Shown: piece by piece, positions 1-12,184 of the stretch
How the letters are laid out: each line of letters begins with the position of its first letter
Numbering within the stretch: the first letter of the stretch is position 1
Source: Octopus bimaculoides
Taxonomy: Eukaryota
DNA length: 34,088 nucleotides
NCBI RefSeq assembly: GCF_001194135.2
Contig: NC_068985.1
Location: forward strand, 57,364,248-57,398,335
Direction: 5' to 3'
Position numbers and translations under genes: made by a program
Notes under the pieces: generated by a model
Databases searched by the model: none
Seen by the model: the letters and a program-made list of their open reading frames with translations, nothing else
Told to the model about the DNA's origin: nothing

Positions 1-188
1 TAGTAAATTAATTGAAACAGCTGAACATGACAACCGAATTTACTGTAATCTATTCCCTTCTTGTTCTCTTGTATGTAAGAAGTTCTCTTGTATGTAAGAA
101 AAGCTGCAGACAAAACGAAAATTAATAATAAATAAAAATAATAAAAATATATAAACATATAGCGATAGATAGGTAAGAAAATACAATT

Positions 189-194
189 ACACAC

Positions 195-264
<70 letters not shown>
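189..264. repeat. (CA)n microsatellite
   Basis: Nearly pure AC repeat with two interruptions. Confidence 0.95.
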
Positions 265-266
<2 letters not shown>

Positions 267-751
267 CCTATATTCCTATATTTCGTTTCCTTTTCCGTGT
301 TTAGCTGCAAATATATATTGGTAACTTTTATTATGCATTTTTGTTACTTTACCAATATTTTTATTGCCAGTGTATTTTATCAACATACACAGGAAGAAAT
401 GCATATATGAGGGAAACCAGTTTTCGCCAACATTTATTAAGAAAAGATACTGAGTCACCTCTGACGACCTATTATCTGGAATATATATATAAATATGAAA
501 ATGTGATGCACCTAAATTTCAAAAACTCGTAAATATTTAAAATACATTTATCTATATATATACCGAACTAGTGTCAACAATATTTTTTGCTTATGAATGG
601 TAAAAGTTTAAAATTAGAAAGACATCTTTAAAAGTTGCAACATTGACAAATTAGAATGGTTCAATGTTGATGAATTAACAATATCAAAACAGAAGATGTA
701 AGTTTGAATGTTCATAACAGTCAACATTTACTGTTGTGTGTATATACATAC

Positions 752-786
752 CTATCTGTCTATCTATCTATCTATCTATCTATCTA
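752..786. repeat. (TATC)n microsatellite at the 3' side of the Hero-like LINE
   Basis: Direct reading; abuts the putative 3' terminus of the minus-strand element. Confidence 0.9.
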
Positions 787-1199
787 TGACTGAAGGTGTC
801 TTCAGCTCTGATGTTGTGTGCATTTTTTCTTTCCCCTTTTTTTTTTTGTTTTTTTGGTTTCTTCGCTTCAGCGTCAACGAATGTCAGCGGGCCATACTGT
901 CAAATTGCCCTTTAAATACTCGCCGTTAGACTCCAGCAGCCAGCAGAAGCTAACTGTCACGTGACACTGTCTAATCTTCAACTGACCAATAAAGGGAAAG
1001 GGCGCGTTTTTTTTGCCCGCAACTTCTCTAAGCCCACCTTCCAACAGTGTCGTGTTAGCTTCAATTCCAGCAGCCAGTGTCAATCAATTCTTTGGTGGTA
1101 CAAGCCTTCGAACCGGGAGGAGAGCGCACTATGAACGAGATCGCTACCTTTGCCTACCTGTCAATAAGCGATGATGCTCAAATGTCAGCCAACCTCACC

Positions 1200-1840
1200 T
1201 AGCGGCACTATTTCCCAGTCAACATGTTCTGGCCCTCATGCCATTTGGAGTCCTCTCATTTCAGCCATACACAGAAGCTGGCTTTGTCGACTACCTCCTG
1301 TATCCTCCTTATAACTTTTCTTAGCTCTGAGCTCGAAAATGCAAACCTTCTTTTGAATAACGTCGCCCTCTTCTTTTCAATGAAGCCTCTATCCCCCTCT
1401 CACAGGTGGTGATACTCGACAGTCCATCCCTATTCTCCGTACTCTTCGATTAATTTCTCATACCTCTTCTCACTCCGTTCTCTCTTCCGATGGCATTGTC
1501 AGCTCTAGCAAAATTCCAGTTTCCCGTTCTGTGATCCAGAGGACTGAGTCCTGTCTTTTTGTTGGTTTTAGGAGTGGAAATATTAACAGTCTTTGTAAAT
1601 CCGCGGTCAGCTCCCAGTATCCCTCCCATATTTCGGCTGTCTCGTATACTTTATTTGAAGGCCTAATCTTATGTCCATTTTCCTCCTTCTGGAAGTATAT
1701 CCTTCTGCGCTTTTCGTCTTTTGGGTACTCTCCCCTATTATATCCCTCGATCTTCTCCTTGAGTGCTGCGCTTATGACACCGAGGACTTGATTGTGACGC
1801 CATGTATAGCTGTCTAGTGCTAGCCTGTAGTTTGACAATA
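1200..1840 (-). pseudogene. RHN linker and REL (PD-D/ExK-type) endonuclease remnant of the Hero-like element
   Basis: RHNQVL; RQD(=RPD)..LLELTMP(=ELTVPW)..KRY; EGDRGF(=EVGCRGF) pattern. Confidence 0.8.
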
Positions 1841-2399
1841 TGTTTCACCGTCGCTTTCTATCCGCATCTACATTAAGCAGTTGTTTGTATGTTCCATCGG
1901 AATAAATTCGCCGGTGAAGGTTAAAACGTCGAAAGTAGACTTGACCAAGAAGGATGTTCTTGCCTGTTCCCGAGCCTAAAGTTCCTTCCACGAGATTCTG
2001 CGACTGACCACATATGCCTTTCATCTCAGGCAGTGTCCCTGTTGACTACATTGCACCAAATGTACATTTCGCCTTTCTTCTTCCTCCTTTCTCACTTCGT
2101 GTACCACTGCCTCTTTCATCTCTTTTACATTGCTCATGTCAAATGGCTTGAAATTGTGCAACCCTGGACCGGCTCTTGCTTCTTGCGTCGCTCTGACGAT
2201 ATCGGCATGCCTTAGCTTTCCGATCGACCTGTTTAATGCTTCTTCCACTTTCCATTTCCTCCCTGTTCGTACCTTTGGAGGGTTTTCTTGGGTGTTCTTA
2301 TCTTTCGAATACCTTAGCATCATTACTGTCCTTGTCTTTCCTGCCTTGTATTCTTGGGTGATTGATGTTATCGGTAGTTGCAGCATGGGATTTCCATAT

Positions 2400-3330
2400 A
2401 GTGCAATTGTACTCAGTGGTTTAGCAAGACCAAGCTATTTTCTGATAAACACACTGCATCTTTGTGCCATCCTTTCTACTCTACTCGAGGATATTCCGTA
2501 CATTTGCAATGGCCACATTACCCTTGGGTACAGTCCAAATTGCAGAATCCAGCATTTAAATTTCCCCGGGAATGTTGTTCTGTCAATTGCCTTTATTCCC
2601 TGTTTTAATAAATCGTGTGTTTCTTTGCTTTGCTTCTTGTCATTTAGTAAATCTCTGTACCATCTGCCAAGACTCTTTACTGGTTATTCTTTCACCGTTG
2701 GTATATCTGCACCTCCTATCCTGGATTTCAATTATTTTGGGACTCCATTTGGACGCTTCGAGAATTTTTGGATTTGAATTTTATTCTCGTCTATCCTATT
2801 AGTTCGTCCAACCGCTCTAACGTTCCATCTGCTGCTTCTCTACTCTCTGATAATACAGTAACGTCGTCCATAAAAGCCCTTAATGGTGCCTTTGTAACAT
2901 ATTTCTCACAGTTTGTTGTTCTTAGTAACATATCCATTACTAGCACAAATAAGATGACTGATATCGTGCATCTAGCTGCAATACTTACTTCAAGCCGATG
3001 CCACTACTTTGTGAACTTGCCTGCTGTAAATTGCATCCTCAATTTATCGTAGTAGCGCATGAGCATTCGCTGAACATCTCCTGGAATCCAAAAGAAGTCC
3101 ATAGCTGTTCGAATTAGATCTAGCCATACACTGTACAGGTTTTTCTTCAGTTGTTTTGCACAGCTGATAGCTTGCCAGATGACAAATGAATGTTCTATGC
3201 ATCCAGAGATCCCTGCCTTTTAGATTGCTTCATTAACATATCCGTTATGATGTACGAAACTTATGATTCACCTGGTAATGACTCCAAATATGCTGTTACC
3301 ATCGGTATTTAGTAGTGAAATGGGTGTGAA
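2400..3330 (-). pseudogene. Reverse transcriptase core of the Hero-like element (disrupted)
   Basis: AGISGCIEH, WLDL, SIAARCTISVILFVLVM and AFMDD motifs, with in-frame TAG stops at ~2990 and ~2800. Confidence 0.88.
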
Positions 3331-3956
3331 TTGCCCTAGTATTTTTGCCTCCTTTCTTTAGGTATACACCATCGCCCTGCTACGTCTTTCTACTTCCACA
3401 TTTCTCCTATCAATGCAAATAGTTGTAAACGAAATTTCGGGCAATAATTATAAACCTTGTAGCTAACTCCATCGTTCCCTGGTGAACTTTTTGCTCTTTC
3501 TTTTCTAACGAATTCATCAATTTCTTTCTACCTGATGTCACTCGGATGCAATGGTACCATTGGTCCAGGTGGTTTCTTATGCCCTAGCATTCCTGGAAGT
3601 ACTTTATTTCTTTCAGCATCGCTGTGTGTCCCTTTAAGATGGTGTTCGAACTCTTCTTTAGAGCAATCCAATCTTCCGCTCTTACGTTCAATAAACAAAC
3701 ACTTAGCATATTAATATGGGTTGTTTACAAAATTGCGATAGTTCTTTTCTCTCGCCTTTCTTCTGTTCTTCCTTCTTTCCTTTCTTTGTTGTTCTCTTCA
3801 TATAGTTGCTTTAACCCTTCCCTTTCTTCTTCCTTTGCATCCCTCCATTTGGTTCTGACTTTTTTCTTCTCTTCTCCTATCTTTGCGATACGTCTTTCTC
3901 TCCTCGGTGGTCTGCCCTTTGCCGATGATTCTCCATTTCGAGTTGTTTCAAGTATA

Positions 3957-3975
3957 AATGTATATATATATATAT

Positions 3976-4021
<46 letters not shown>

Positions 4022-4070
4022 ACACACACACACACACATATATAAATATATATATGTATCTATATGTATA
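3957..4070. repeat. (TA)n/(CA)n compound microsatellite at the 5' truncation point of the Hero-like LINE
   Basis: Direct reading. Confidence 0.9.
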
Positions 4071-4099
4071 TAAAATAGATAATAATACACCTATAATTA

Positions 4100-4910
4100 A
4101 TAATAGCACAGATAAATCTAATATAATCTGGTTAATAATCCCATTTGCTATGCAAATCAGAAATAATTCAGTTAAGTCAATTTCTCCGATTATTAATAAG
4201 CACTCTATTATTAATGTTAGATATTATGAAATAATTTATAATAAAATTATTAATATTGATATAGTTTAGCCTTCAACGTATCTACTATTATATCTTCCAT
4301 AAACAGTAAGAAAGTAGACAAATTCTACTTAAATAGAAACACCAACAATAACAACTTCTATAACTCCCCTGAACTTAGCATACATTCTGTAAATTAGAAT
4401 AACTTTGCTAAGCATGATAGTACATCTTCTAAAAACAGAATCCTAGAAATAACACTATAATAATAAATAAATCCCCCTCATGAAATACTTATATGAATAA
4501 TAATACTTATAGTGATTGTGATCGTAGGATTAGAAATAATGGTTTATTTAAGAACGCCTGCAAAATAAATAACTTAAAATATCAATGTACATTAAAAACT
4601 CTAGAAAATATATATTATTATATTTAGGCTACCGAAAATTAAATTAAAAATCGTATTTCTACTCACATACATTTAGAAGAAACACAAATCCAACTCGACA
4701 GGACTAAGTAAATCTATATGGGATTTTAAGGATAAAAATATCAATTTTATTATTAAATGGGATATAGTAGCTTTAGTGCCTTTTTATAAAATTAACAAAA
4801 AAAAATGTTTACTTTGTTTAAACGTAAAGATTTTTATTCTTTCGTCTAAATATCACCTACATAACCTCAGGGACGAATGAAATTGACTTCTTTAGACATG
4901 GGAAAATATG
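4100..4910 (+). mobile_element. Heavily decayed Penelope-like element: RT-EN linker and GIY-YIG endonuclease
   Basis: Translation: NIIWLIIPFA..IINKH..IYNKI (cf. NIIWFNPPYS..LIDKHF..IFN); CD.R..N..AC..NNLKYQC..YYI*ATEN*IKNRISTH; NSTGLSKSIWDFKDKNINFIIKWDIV..CLLCLNVKIFIL (4692-4835; cf. NSTELSKYIWxLKD..CxLCLxEK). Confidence 0.75.
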
Positions 4911-5356
4911 TATTCTACAAATATAATTAGATTTCCAATTCCCTGTCTCACCTTCACAGTTGCACACTTTAAACCATAACCCTTGCTATTACTTTTATTT
5001 ACTGCATTGTGGGGAAATTAGAGTATTTATTAACAATGTCCACATAGTATATTAATAATTTTATACTTTGATATTATAACTATTGCTTTATATTTGTTTA
5101 AAAATACCCTCTGTATTAATTTATACTGGAATAACACTTCCTTTACTTAAATTGAAATATCACGTCTCTCATACTATATCCTCTATACTTTTTTATTTTC
5201 TTTCTTATACATTTTTTACCCAATTTTAAAGCTAGTAATTACTAATTTCAATTACTAATACCCATTTGAATCCGCCATTCATGATAAATACCAATTGTAC
5301 ACACCCATCTCTCCCTCTCCTTAAATATATTATTGATATATATTTTCTCCTTCAAC

Positions 5357-5413
<57 letters not shown>
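5357..5413. repeat. (TTA)19 microsatellite
   Basis: Perfect trinucleotide repeat. Confidence 0.95.
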
Positions 5414-5414
<1 letters not shown>

Positions 5415-7502
5415 TTTAGTATTCTTTACTTAACTATTTTTATTTATTAATTCAATGTATATAGATATATTTTCCTAAACCTTTTAAAATTTATATTAAA
5501 AAAGAAACATAAATTATCTTTATATATACTTTATATAATATATATTCTCTATTTCCCTTAGCTACAATGACTATCTATTACCTCCCCTTGACCACTAGTT
5601 TGTACATGTACATAAGCGTAGGATCTACTAAATAGAAATTTATTAAACGTTTTGTTTGATATAAAAAATTATATCCTTGTTCTCTTATTGTATACATGAC
5701 ATATCAATTTCATTTGTTTCATTTATTTATTTATTCACTTATTTATTTATTTCACCGTTACCGTATTTTATAAATGAATAGAAACATGATTTATTTTAAA
5801 AACAAATGACCGATGGAATTTCTTTGGCTTACTTGATTAATACAAAATATATCTAGGGATGTTAGTTTTTCTTACCAAAATAAGTTTGTTTTATAAATAC
5901 ATTATTTTAATAATCCACAACTATTTATCATCATGTTTCATCGAACTCTGTTTTGAATAAAGGTACTTTTGTGTATGAATATACATATTAATATACAATA
6001 ACTCCTCTATACATTTTTCTCTGCATTTAATTGCTACACAGATATGTACATATATTTATTATATATATGCGTGTGAATATGTACAAGCACATATATAAAA
6101 TTATATAATTAATGTGTCTATGTATATACAAGTGTTCTAACGTATTCACATATATACACACACATTCAAATAAACACACACAAATATATGCATATATCTA
6201 TAATTCTATTTCTTTTCGATCTTTTACTTATTGATTTGCACACCTATAAATCTAAGTGAATTTGTACTGAATCTATTGGATAAATATTTTGACTATGAAT
6301 AATTTCTACTTGATACTAACCACTATAATAATGGACTATGAATATATTTACTCAATATTAATACTTAAATACATCGTAAATTGCTATCTATTATATATCT
6401 CTACGCCTCCTAACTCTTATCCTGAGTGTATAAATATATATTTGCTTTCCCTCTGAATATACACCCTATGCCACTTTAAAAGTTTATACCAAATTTATCT
6501 ATATAACAATACTCAGTTTGCTGTAATGTTCCATGTACTTAACACCTAATAATATAATGGTATATCTATTTTTCTGCCTCTGGCGAGATTCTGCTTTAAA
6601 AGATGATTTAATTATTGCAATTATAATCTTTAAAGTACGAAATGAAACAGCTGCAAGTGATTATGCTTATTTCTCTAATTTATAAATATATTTATTAATT
6701 GGTTTATCACCATTTTATTATTTTTCTTATATATATATATATATNNNNNNNNNNNNNNNNNNNNNNNNNNNNNNNNNNNNNNNNNNNNNNNNNNNNNNNN
6801 NNNNNNNNNNNNNNNNNNNNNNNNNNNNNNNNNNNNNNNNNNNNNNNNNNNNNNNNNNNNNNNNNNNNNNNNNNNNNNNNNNNNNNNNNNNNNNNNNNNN
6901 NNNNNNNNNNNNNNNNNNNNNNNNNNNNNNNNNNNNNNNNNNNNNNNNNNNNNNNNNNNNNNNNNNNNNNNNNNNNNNNNNNNNNNNNNNNNNNNNNNNN
7001 NNNNNNNNNNNNNNNNNNNNNNNNNNNNNNNNNNNNNNNNNNNNNNNNNNNNNNNNNNNNNNNNNNNNNNNNNNNNNNNNNNNNNNNNNNNNNNNNNNNN
7101 NNNNNNNNNNNNNNNNNNNNNNNNNNNNNNNNNNNNNNNNNNNNNNNNNNNNNNNNNNNNNNNNNNNNNNNNNNNNNNNNNNNNNNNNNNNNNNNNNNNN
7201 NNNNNNNNNNNNNNNNNNNNNNNNNNNNNNNNNNNNNNNNNNNNNNNNNNNNNNNNNNNNNNNNNNNNNNNNNNNNNNNNNNNNNNNNNNNNNNNNNNNN
7301 NNNNNNNNNNNNNNNNNNNNNNNNNNNNNNNNNNNNNNNNNNNNNNNNNNNNNNNNNNNNNNNNNNNNNNNNNNNNNNNNNNNNNNNNNNNNNNNNNNNN
7401 NNNNNNNNNNNNNNNNNNNNNNNNNNNNNNNNNNNNNNNNNNNNNNNNNNNNNNNNNNNNNNNNNNNNNNNNNNNNNNNNNNNNNNNNNNNNNNNNNNNN
7501 NN

Positions 7503-7536
7503 TATATATATATATACATATATATATATATAGAGG

Positions 7537-7568
<32 letters not shown>

Positions 7569-7611
7569 AGAAGAAGAAGAGAGAGAGAGAAGAAGAATAA
7601 GAAGAAGAAGA

Positions 7612-7649
<38 letters not shown>

Positions 7650-7799
7650 TCATGTATCTTAGATACCATGGCGTTGGATTGCCGCGCATATACAACAATG
7701 AAAATAAATCTATCAATCTATCTATCAATATATCTCTCTCTCTACCTGTCTATCAATCTATCTATCTTTCTGTCTATCTATCTATCTATCTATCTATCT

Positions 7800-7847
<48 letters not shown>

Positions 7848-7872
7848 ACTATCTATCTATCTATCTATCTAT
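7503..7872. repeat. Compound simple-repeat block (TA, GA, GAA, TATC)
   Basis: Direct reading, immediately after the assembly gap. Confidence 0.9.
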
Positions 7873-8360
7873 ATTCCCCCCATACGGAATTAACCCATGA
7901 ATTTTGGAAACTCTGGAGGACACCAAACTCAATATTAAGATCATTGAGATACCTGGGGGCTCCATCAGATCACAGGGATCTAGGACGTACTTCGAAAATA
8001 CCACATGCAGTAATGAAAACTGCGTACTATGTAAGATTAACCATGGTATTAATTGCTAAACTAGAAACGCAATCTGAAGTATAAGGTGCATAGAAGAATG
8101 GGGTAAGGACAGAAACACGGCATACATGTAGGAGACCTCTAGGAGAATATCGGAAAGACTAAACGTAGATTGGAGAGAATATAGTGATAAGAAACAGTCC
8201 TCCATAATCTATCAACATGCCAAACACCAACATGGCGGCACACTGAACCGAATTTACATCTGCATGTTGTCCAGGAACCCGCAGCACTCATCACTTAGAC
8301 AAATACAAAAGTACGTTCTTAAAAATGAAACCTTACCTGTACTAAAAAAGGAAATACACG
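7873..8360 (+). mobile_element. Penelope-like GIY-YIG endonuclease remnant
   Basis: One frame reads KIIEIPGGSIRSQ..TCSNENCVLC..NC*TRNAI*SIRC..AYM*ETSRRISERL..SSIIYQHAKHQHGG..LRQIQ. This matches the Cys-rich linker plus (G/V)IY..YIGETxR..R..H of PLE endonucleases, with stops at the motif Tyr and Gly positions. Confidence 0.78.
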
Positions 8361-8444
8361 TAAAAGGTACAGATAGCCCAATGCCACAGAAACTACAGAA
8401 GATACATACATAGGTACATTCGTAAGCAGAAAGTCAAGCAGGTA

Positions 8445-8469
8445 AATATATACATACACATACATATAT

Positions 8470-8514
<45 letters not shown>

Positions 8515-8638
8515 TATATATATATATCTACAGAGAGAGAGAGAGAGAGAGTGAGAGAGAGAGAGATATGTTAGTAGGTCGGTACGTAAATAATACAGAC
8601 AGACAAGCGCAGACACATAAGGAGACAAAAATATATGA

Positions 8639-8687
<49 letters not shown>

Positions 8688-8770
8688 TATATACACCATA
8701 CATACGCATGCACACAGACACATATAGACACACATGCATATACGACAAGCGCATGTGCATACTCACACGC
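8445..8770. repeat. Compound TA/CA/GA simple-repeat block
   Basis: Direct reading. Confidence 0.85.
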
Positions 8771-9031
8771 ATTTCTTTTCATTTACTTCTTGTTATTTCT
8801 GTCTTTCAGAGAAATCAGATGATGGCAGAGATTCCCCCATTGCTTTCTCATCTTTTAGTTAGTTCGGATTCCCTTTGATTGGATGTTACAGAGAGCGAGA
8901 TTTTCTTTCAAGATTATTCTAAGCCTCAGTTTTCTTCTGTCCTCTCCTGATGACATTTACCCTTATCGTTTGATGTTCATTTTTAATCAGACCAATACGG
9001 ATGATCAACGTCTCAATGTTTATCATTTTCA

Positions 9032-9238
9032 AGTCGGCGAGCTGGCAGAAATGTTAGCACGCCGGGCGAAATGCTGAGCGGTATTTCGTCTGTCTTTACG
9101 TTCTGATTTCAAATTCCGCCGGGGTCGACTTTGCCTTTCATCCTTTCGGGGTCGATAAATTAAGTACTGGGGTTGACCTAATCGACTAACCGCCTCCCAA
9201 ATTTCAGGCCTTATGCCTAGAGGAGAAAAGAAAAGAAC
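9032..9238 (+). mobile_element. tRNA-derived SINE with Meta-like central domain (octopus-type)
   Basis: Head GGCGAGCTGGCAGAAATGTTAGC (A-box-like), B-box-like TTCAAATTCC, then GACTTTGCCTTTCATCCTTTCGGGGTCGATAAATTAAGTAC, recognised from memory as the MetaSINE-like core of an abundant octopus SINE. Confidence 0.75.
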
Positions 9239-9279
9239 GTTTATCCTTCCTGTTATGTCCGACAAAATATTGGTCTTCT

Positions 9280-10016
9280 TTTAACGCTTGCGTCATTTTT
9301 TCTTTACCTTTTCTACGTTTGCAAATTCCGTTGCATCAGTTTTCATCACTATTGATGACCTTCGCAAAACCTCTGGATCGACTTCCTACTTTTCTTTCAG
9401 TTCACGACACGCATTATGTCGTGACTGCTTTTCATTTTCTGTGAGCAAACGAGGTACGAATTATGCTGCAACTCTTTTCATTAGCAATTCCTCGCTCAAA
9501 ATTCGTTGGCAGGAGCTCTAGGACACACCTAGCATATCAACAAGTTCGTTAGTTATTCAGTGATGGTCTTCCAAGATTAGGTCAGGAATTTTCAATATGT
9601 TTTCATTCGTTCAGGAACTCGACGGTCGTCCTGAACGAGGTTGGTCTTCAAGCAACAAGTGACCATTCCTAAAGCGTGAAAGCCACTCGTACACTTGTGT
9701 TTTGCTCATGGTACAGCATCCTTGTAAGCTATTTGAAGCATGACAACTATTTCGCCCATCGTTTTCCCTAGCGGAAAACAGAAATTCATGGAAGCATACC
9801 GCTCCTTCGTTTCAGCCGTCGCAAAAATCAACGAAAGGGGGAGAAGAATTTCATAACAAAGATGCGCCACGAGGCAATACGGCCTCACACGACGACCCTT
9901 GTGATCAGACTGATGCCAGAGGGTTGCATCAAGTGACTTCTAGCGGCGGAAGTCCGAAATACAACGGACTTGCCCAATAAAGAATGTTTCCGGTTACTTT
10001 TGGGTATCCTCTCGTA
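9280..10016 (-). mobile_element. Internally deleted mariner transposon (irritans-like FVPRLL variant); one TIR retained
   Basis: Minus: NFCFPLGKT..MSKTQVYEWLSRFRNG..LEDQPRSGRPSS..ELVDMLGVS..RVAA*FVPRLLT..KVINSDE, then a jump to FANVEKVKKK. TA plus TIR-like CGAGAGGATACCCAAAAGTAACCGGAA at 10016-9988. No matching right TIR found. Confidence 0.88.
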
Positions 10017-11672
10017 TGATGTGGCATCAATAATAAGTGACATGCCTTCGCTGCGCTTGCATAAAGAAGTGTGCTGATGATTACCTCTAAGGACAATTCA
10101 TTGGTAGTTTTGAGTTTTGAGGTTTTTTATGTCTCCTTAATTATAGTTTCCTTACGCAGCATTGGCTGCAATCATATTATCATCGAAATTATTATTTATG
10201 GCCGCATCTAAAGTTTATAAAAAATGAAGCTACGAAAAGAAGAAACCCGTTCGATCAGGTTGTTGTTGATGGTTATTTTTGGTGTTTTGTTGGCTGTATC
10301 TTAGAGAAGGCTGATAGGTGTTTTGAGTCATGTTAACTGTTAGCTATTACGCTGAAATCTTCATATGGTGAAATCCCAGAGTCATGTAATTGTTGGAGAT
10401 AGAAACGGTCATATTTGGATAAAGTATTGCTACCCAGGATTTTTGAAATAATGATTGTAGCTTTAAATTTTAAAATATGTGTAGGTAATTAATCATCAAA
10501 GATAACAGTAAAACATTCGGATGTATTTCATGGAACAGCTTGTTTTATCTGATTTCTAGTCACTTATATTTTAACAGCTGTTAACTTTGACACATAGCAC
10601 TGTTAAAACTACCATATTTTAGTTTATATTGTATGAAAGTTTAAATTATTAACGTTATACTTAGAGATATTTTCATTTAAACATCTGATTCAATGTCTTT
10701 AATCATTGCTCATTAAAAGATGTATTTACTTCTCGATGCAGCATTATATTTATGAATTCGAACTAACATTGTTTTTACGTAACTCTGCTAATAATGTATA
10801 ATTACTGGCATGAACAATTACTGGTATATTGGAAAGGTATATCTATAATTCACTAAAAGCAACTATATTTAACGTCTGTCAGCTTCTTTATTCGATGTCG
10901 TAAGCGATTTGTTAGATTTGTTAGATTACCCACGCAATAAATCCAGTACAGACATAAGTTATGTATGCCTGTGATTATTAAAAGATAAATTCAAATAACA
11001 TCAACACATAACTTTGAATGTACATACCCCAGAATCATAAAGATGAAAGCAGTATTATTTTAAAACTAAATCACTAAGTACAATATGCGTAATACTATGT
11101 ACACATCCAGGTATTCGAAACTTATAACGATGTGATATTAAACGAGCCATAAACGACAGTAAATGTTTCATTTCAAACGATGAGATTAATAGTTTAGGAA
11201 ATGGTAATCTTATAAGCAAGTTCTCATTTCAGACAATATGTAAACGATAGCGTTGCTGATCAATTTCACTTTATCTTAAAACGACATATATTATACCATA
11301 GATGTTTTGAACATTAAGTATTAAATTACAAAATATGTTTTATAGTTCTTATATAACTTACAATATATCATTAGAGGACACGATATTATGTTCCTTTTAG
11401 TATTTAGCCTCATCCATATACGTTCGGGTTTCAAATCTTGCTTGGTATTGATGATAATATTGATATCAATAAATTGTTCATTTCAGTTGGCAAATATTCT
11501 ACTGCAGCAAACAAAATGCAGCAAATCGCCTTCCATATGACATATATTCACTTGTTAAATACTAACACTATTACTTAAATTCATTGAATAATCAAGTATA
11601 TTGCTATTTTCTTCCTAAGCATAGATAATACCTAGATACATACATATATAACTGTATGTGTGTGCATGTGCG

Positions 11673-11724
<52 letters not shown>

Positions 11725-12153
11725 ATACCGGGATCCAGGTGTAGGAAGAAAATTATCTTCGAGCAATCCGTAGTGAATATATATAAAAAAAACAACTTTC
11801 AGGAACAAAAGTGGTTTATTGAGACGTAAGGCTGTAGATTTTGTTTTCTTTATCGAGGAACGATCGGGTGAAAAAAAAATCCTTTTTGTATTCCTCGGTG
11901 GGCAAACAGAGTTGCGAAGTGTGCGAAAAAGAATACAAGAGTTACGTAATGGAGTATGGGAAATCCAGGCTACATATGTTTCATAGCGAGTGTAACTTCA
12001 GAAGTGGTAAAATCCAAGTGAATTGTATGCCGCCGGCTACTCTTCAGGCCAAGGCTACATTGACGCAAGTGGGTACATCCTGACGCAAAGATTCAATCAG
12101 AATACATACATGCATACATACATACATACACACACGCACACGTACACACACAC

Positions 12154-12184
<31 letters not shown>

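Larger units (their letters stand above)
787..3955 (-). mobile_element. 5'-truncated, decayed non-LTR retrotransposon with RT and C-terminal restriction-like endonuclease (Hero/NeSL/R2-superfamily type, most like Hero)
   Basis: Minus-strand translation gives, in order: KWRDAKEEEREGLKQL (N-terminal helical region); KAGISGCIEH..VWLDL; LRAFMDDVTVL (FMDD at 2863-2874); PPKVRTGRKWKVEEAL..LRHADIV; YTWRHNQVL; KRQDSVLW..ILLELTMPSEER..KRYEKL..GW..EGDRGF..DKASFCVWLK. Several stops and frameshifts. The coding remnant ends near 1200. Assigning 787-1200 as the 3' UTR is less certain. Confidence 0.9.

Noticed and set aside
2130-4073. Plus-strand hydrophobic ORFs (2130-2777, 3624-4073 and others)
   Set aside because: Antisense shadows of the purine-rich Hero-like coding strand.
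4080-6720. Possible mitochondrial insertion (NUMT) given the extreme AT content
   Set aside because: No recognisable mitochondrial protein, rRNA or tRNA pattern; the first 0.8 kb is explained by a PLE remnant.
6699-8084. Long ORFs (461, 333 and 320 aa) and similar ORFs at 14773-15603, 19684-20200 and 27273-27754
   Set aside because: They are open only because they run through N gaps and dinucleotide or tetranucleotide repeats.
11841-12083. ORF with CEVC..H..C resembling a zinc finger or RTE tail
   Set aside because: Spacing does not fit C2H2 or CCHC consensus, and there are no supporting upstream motifs.
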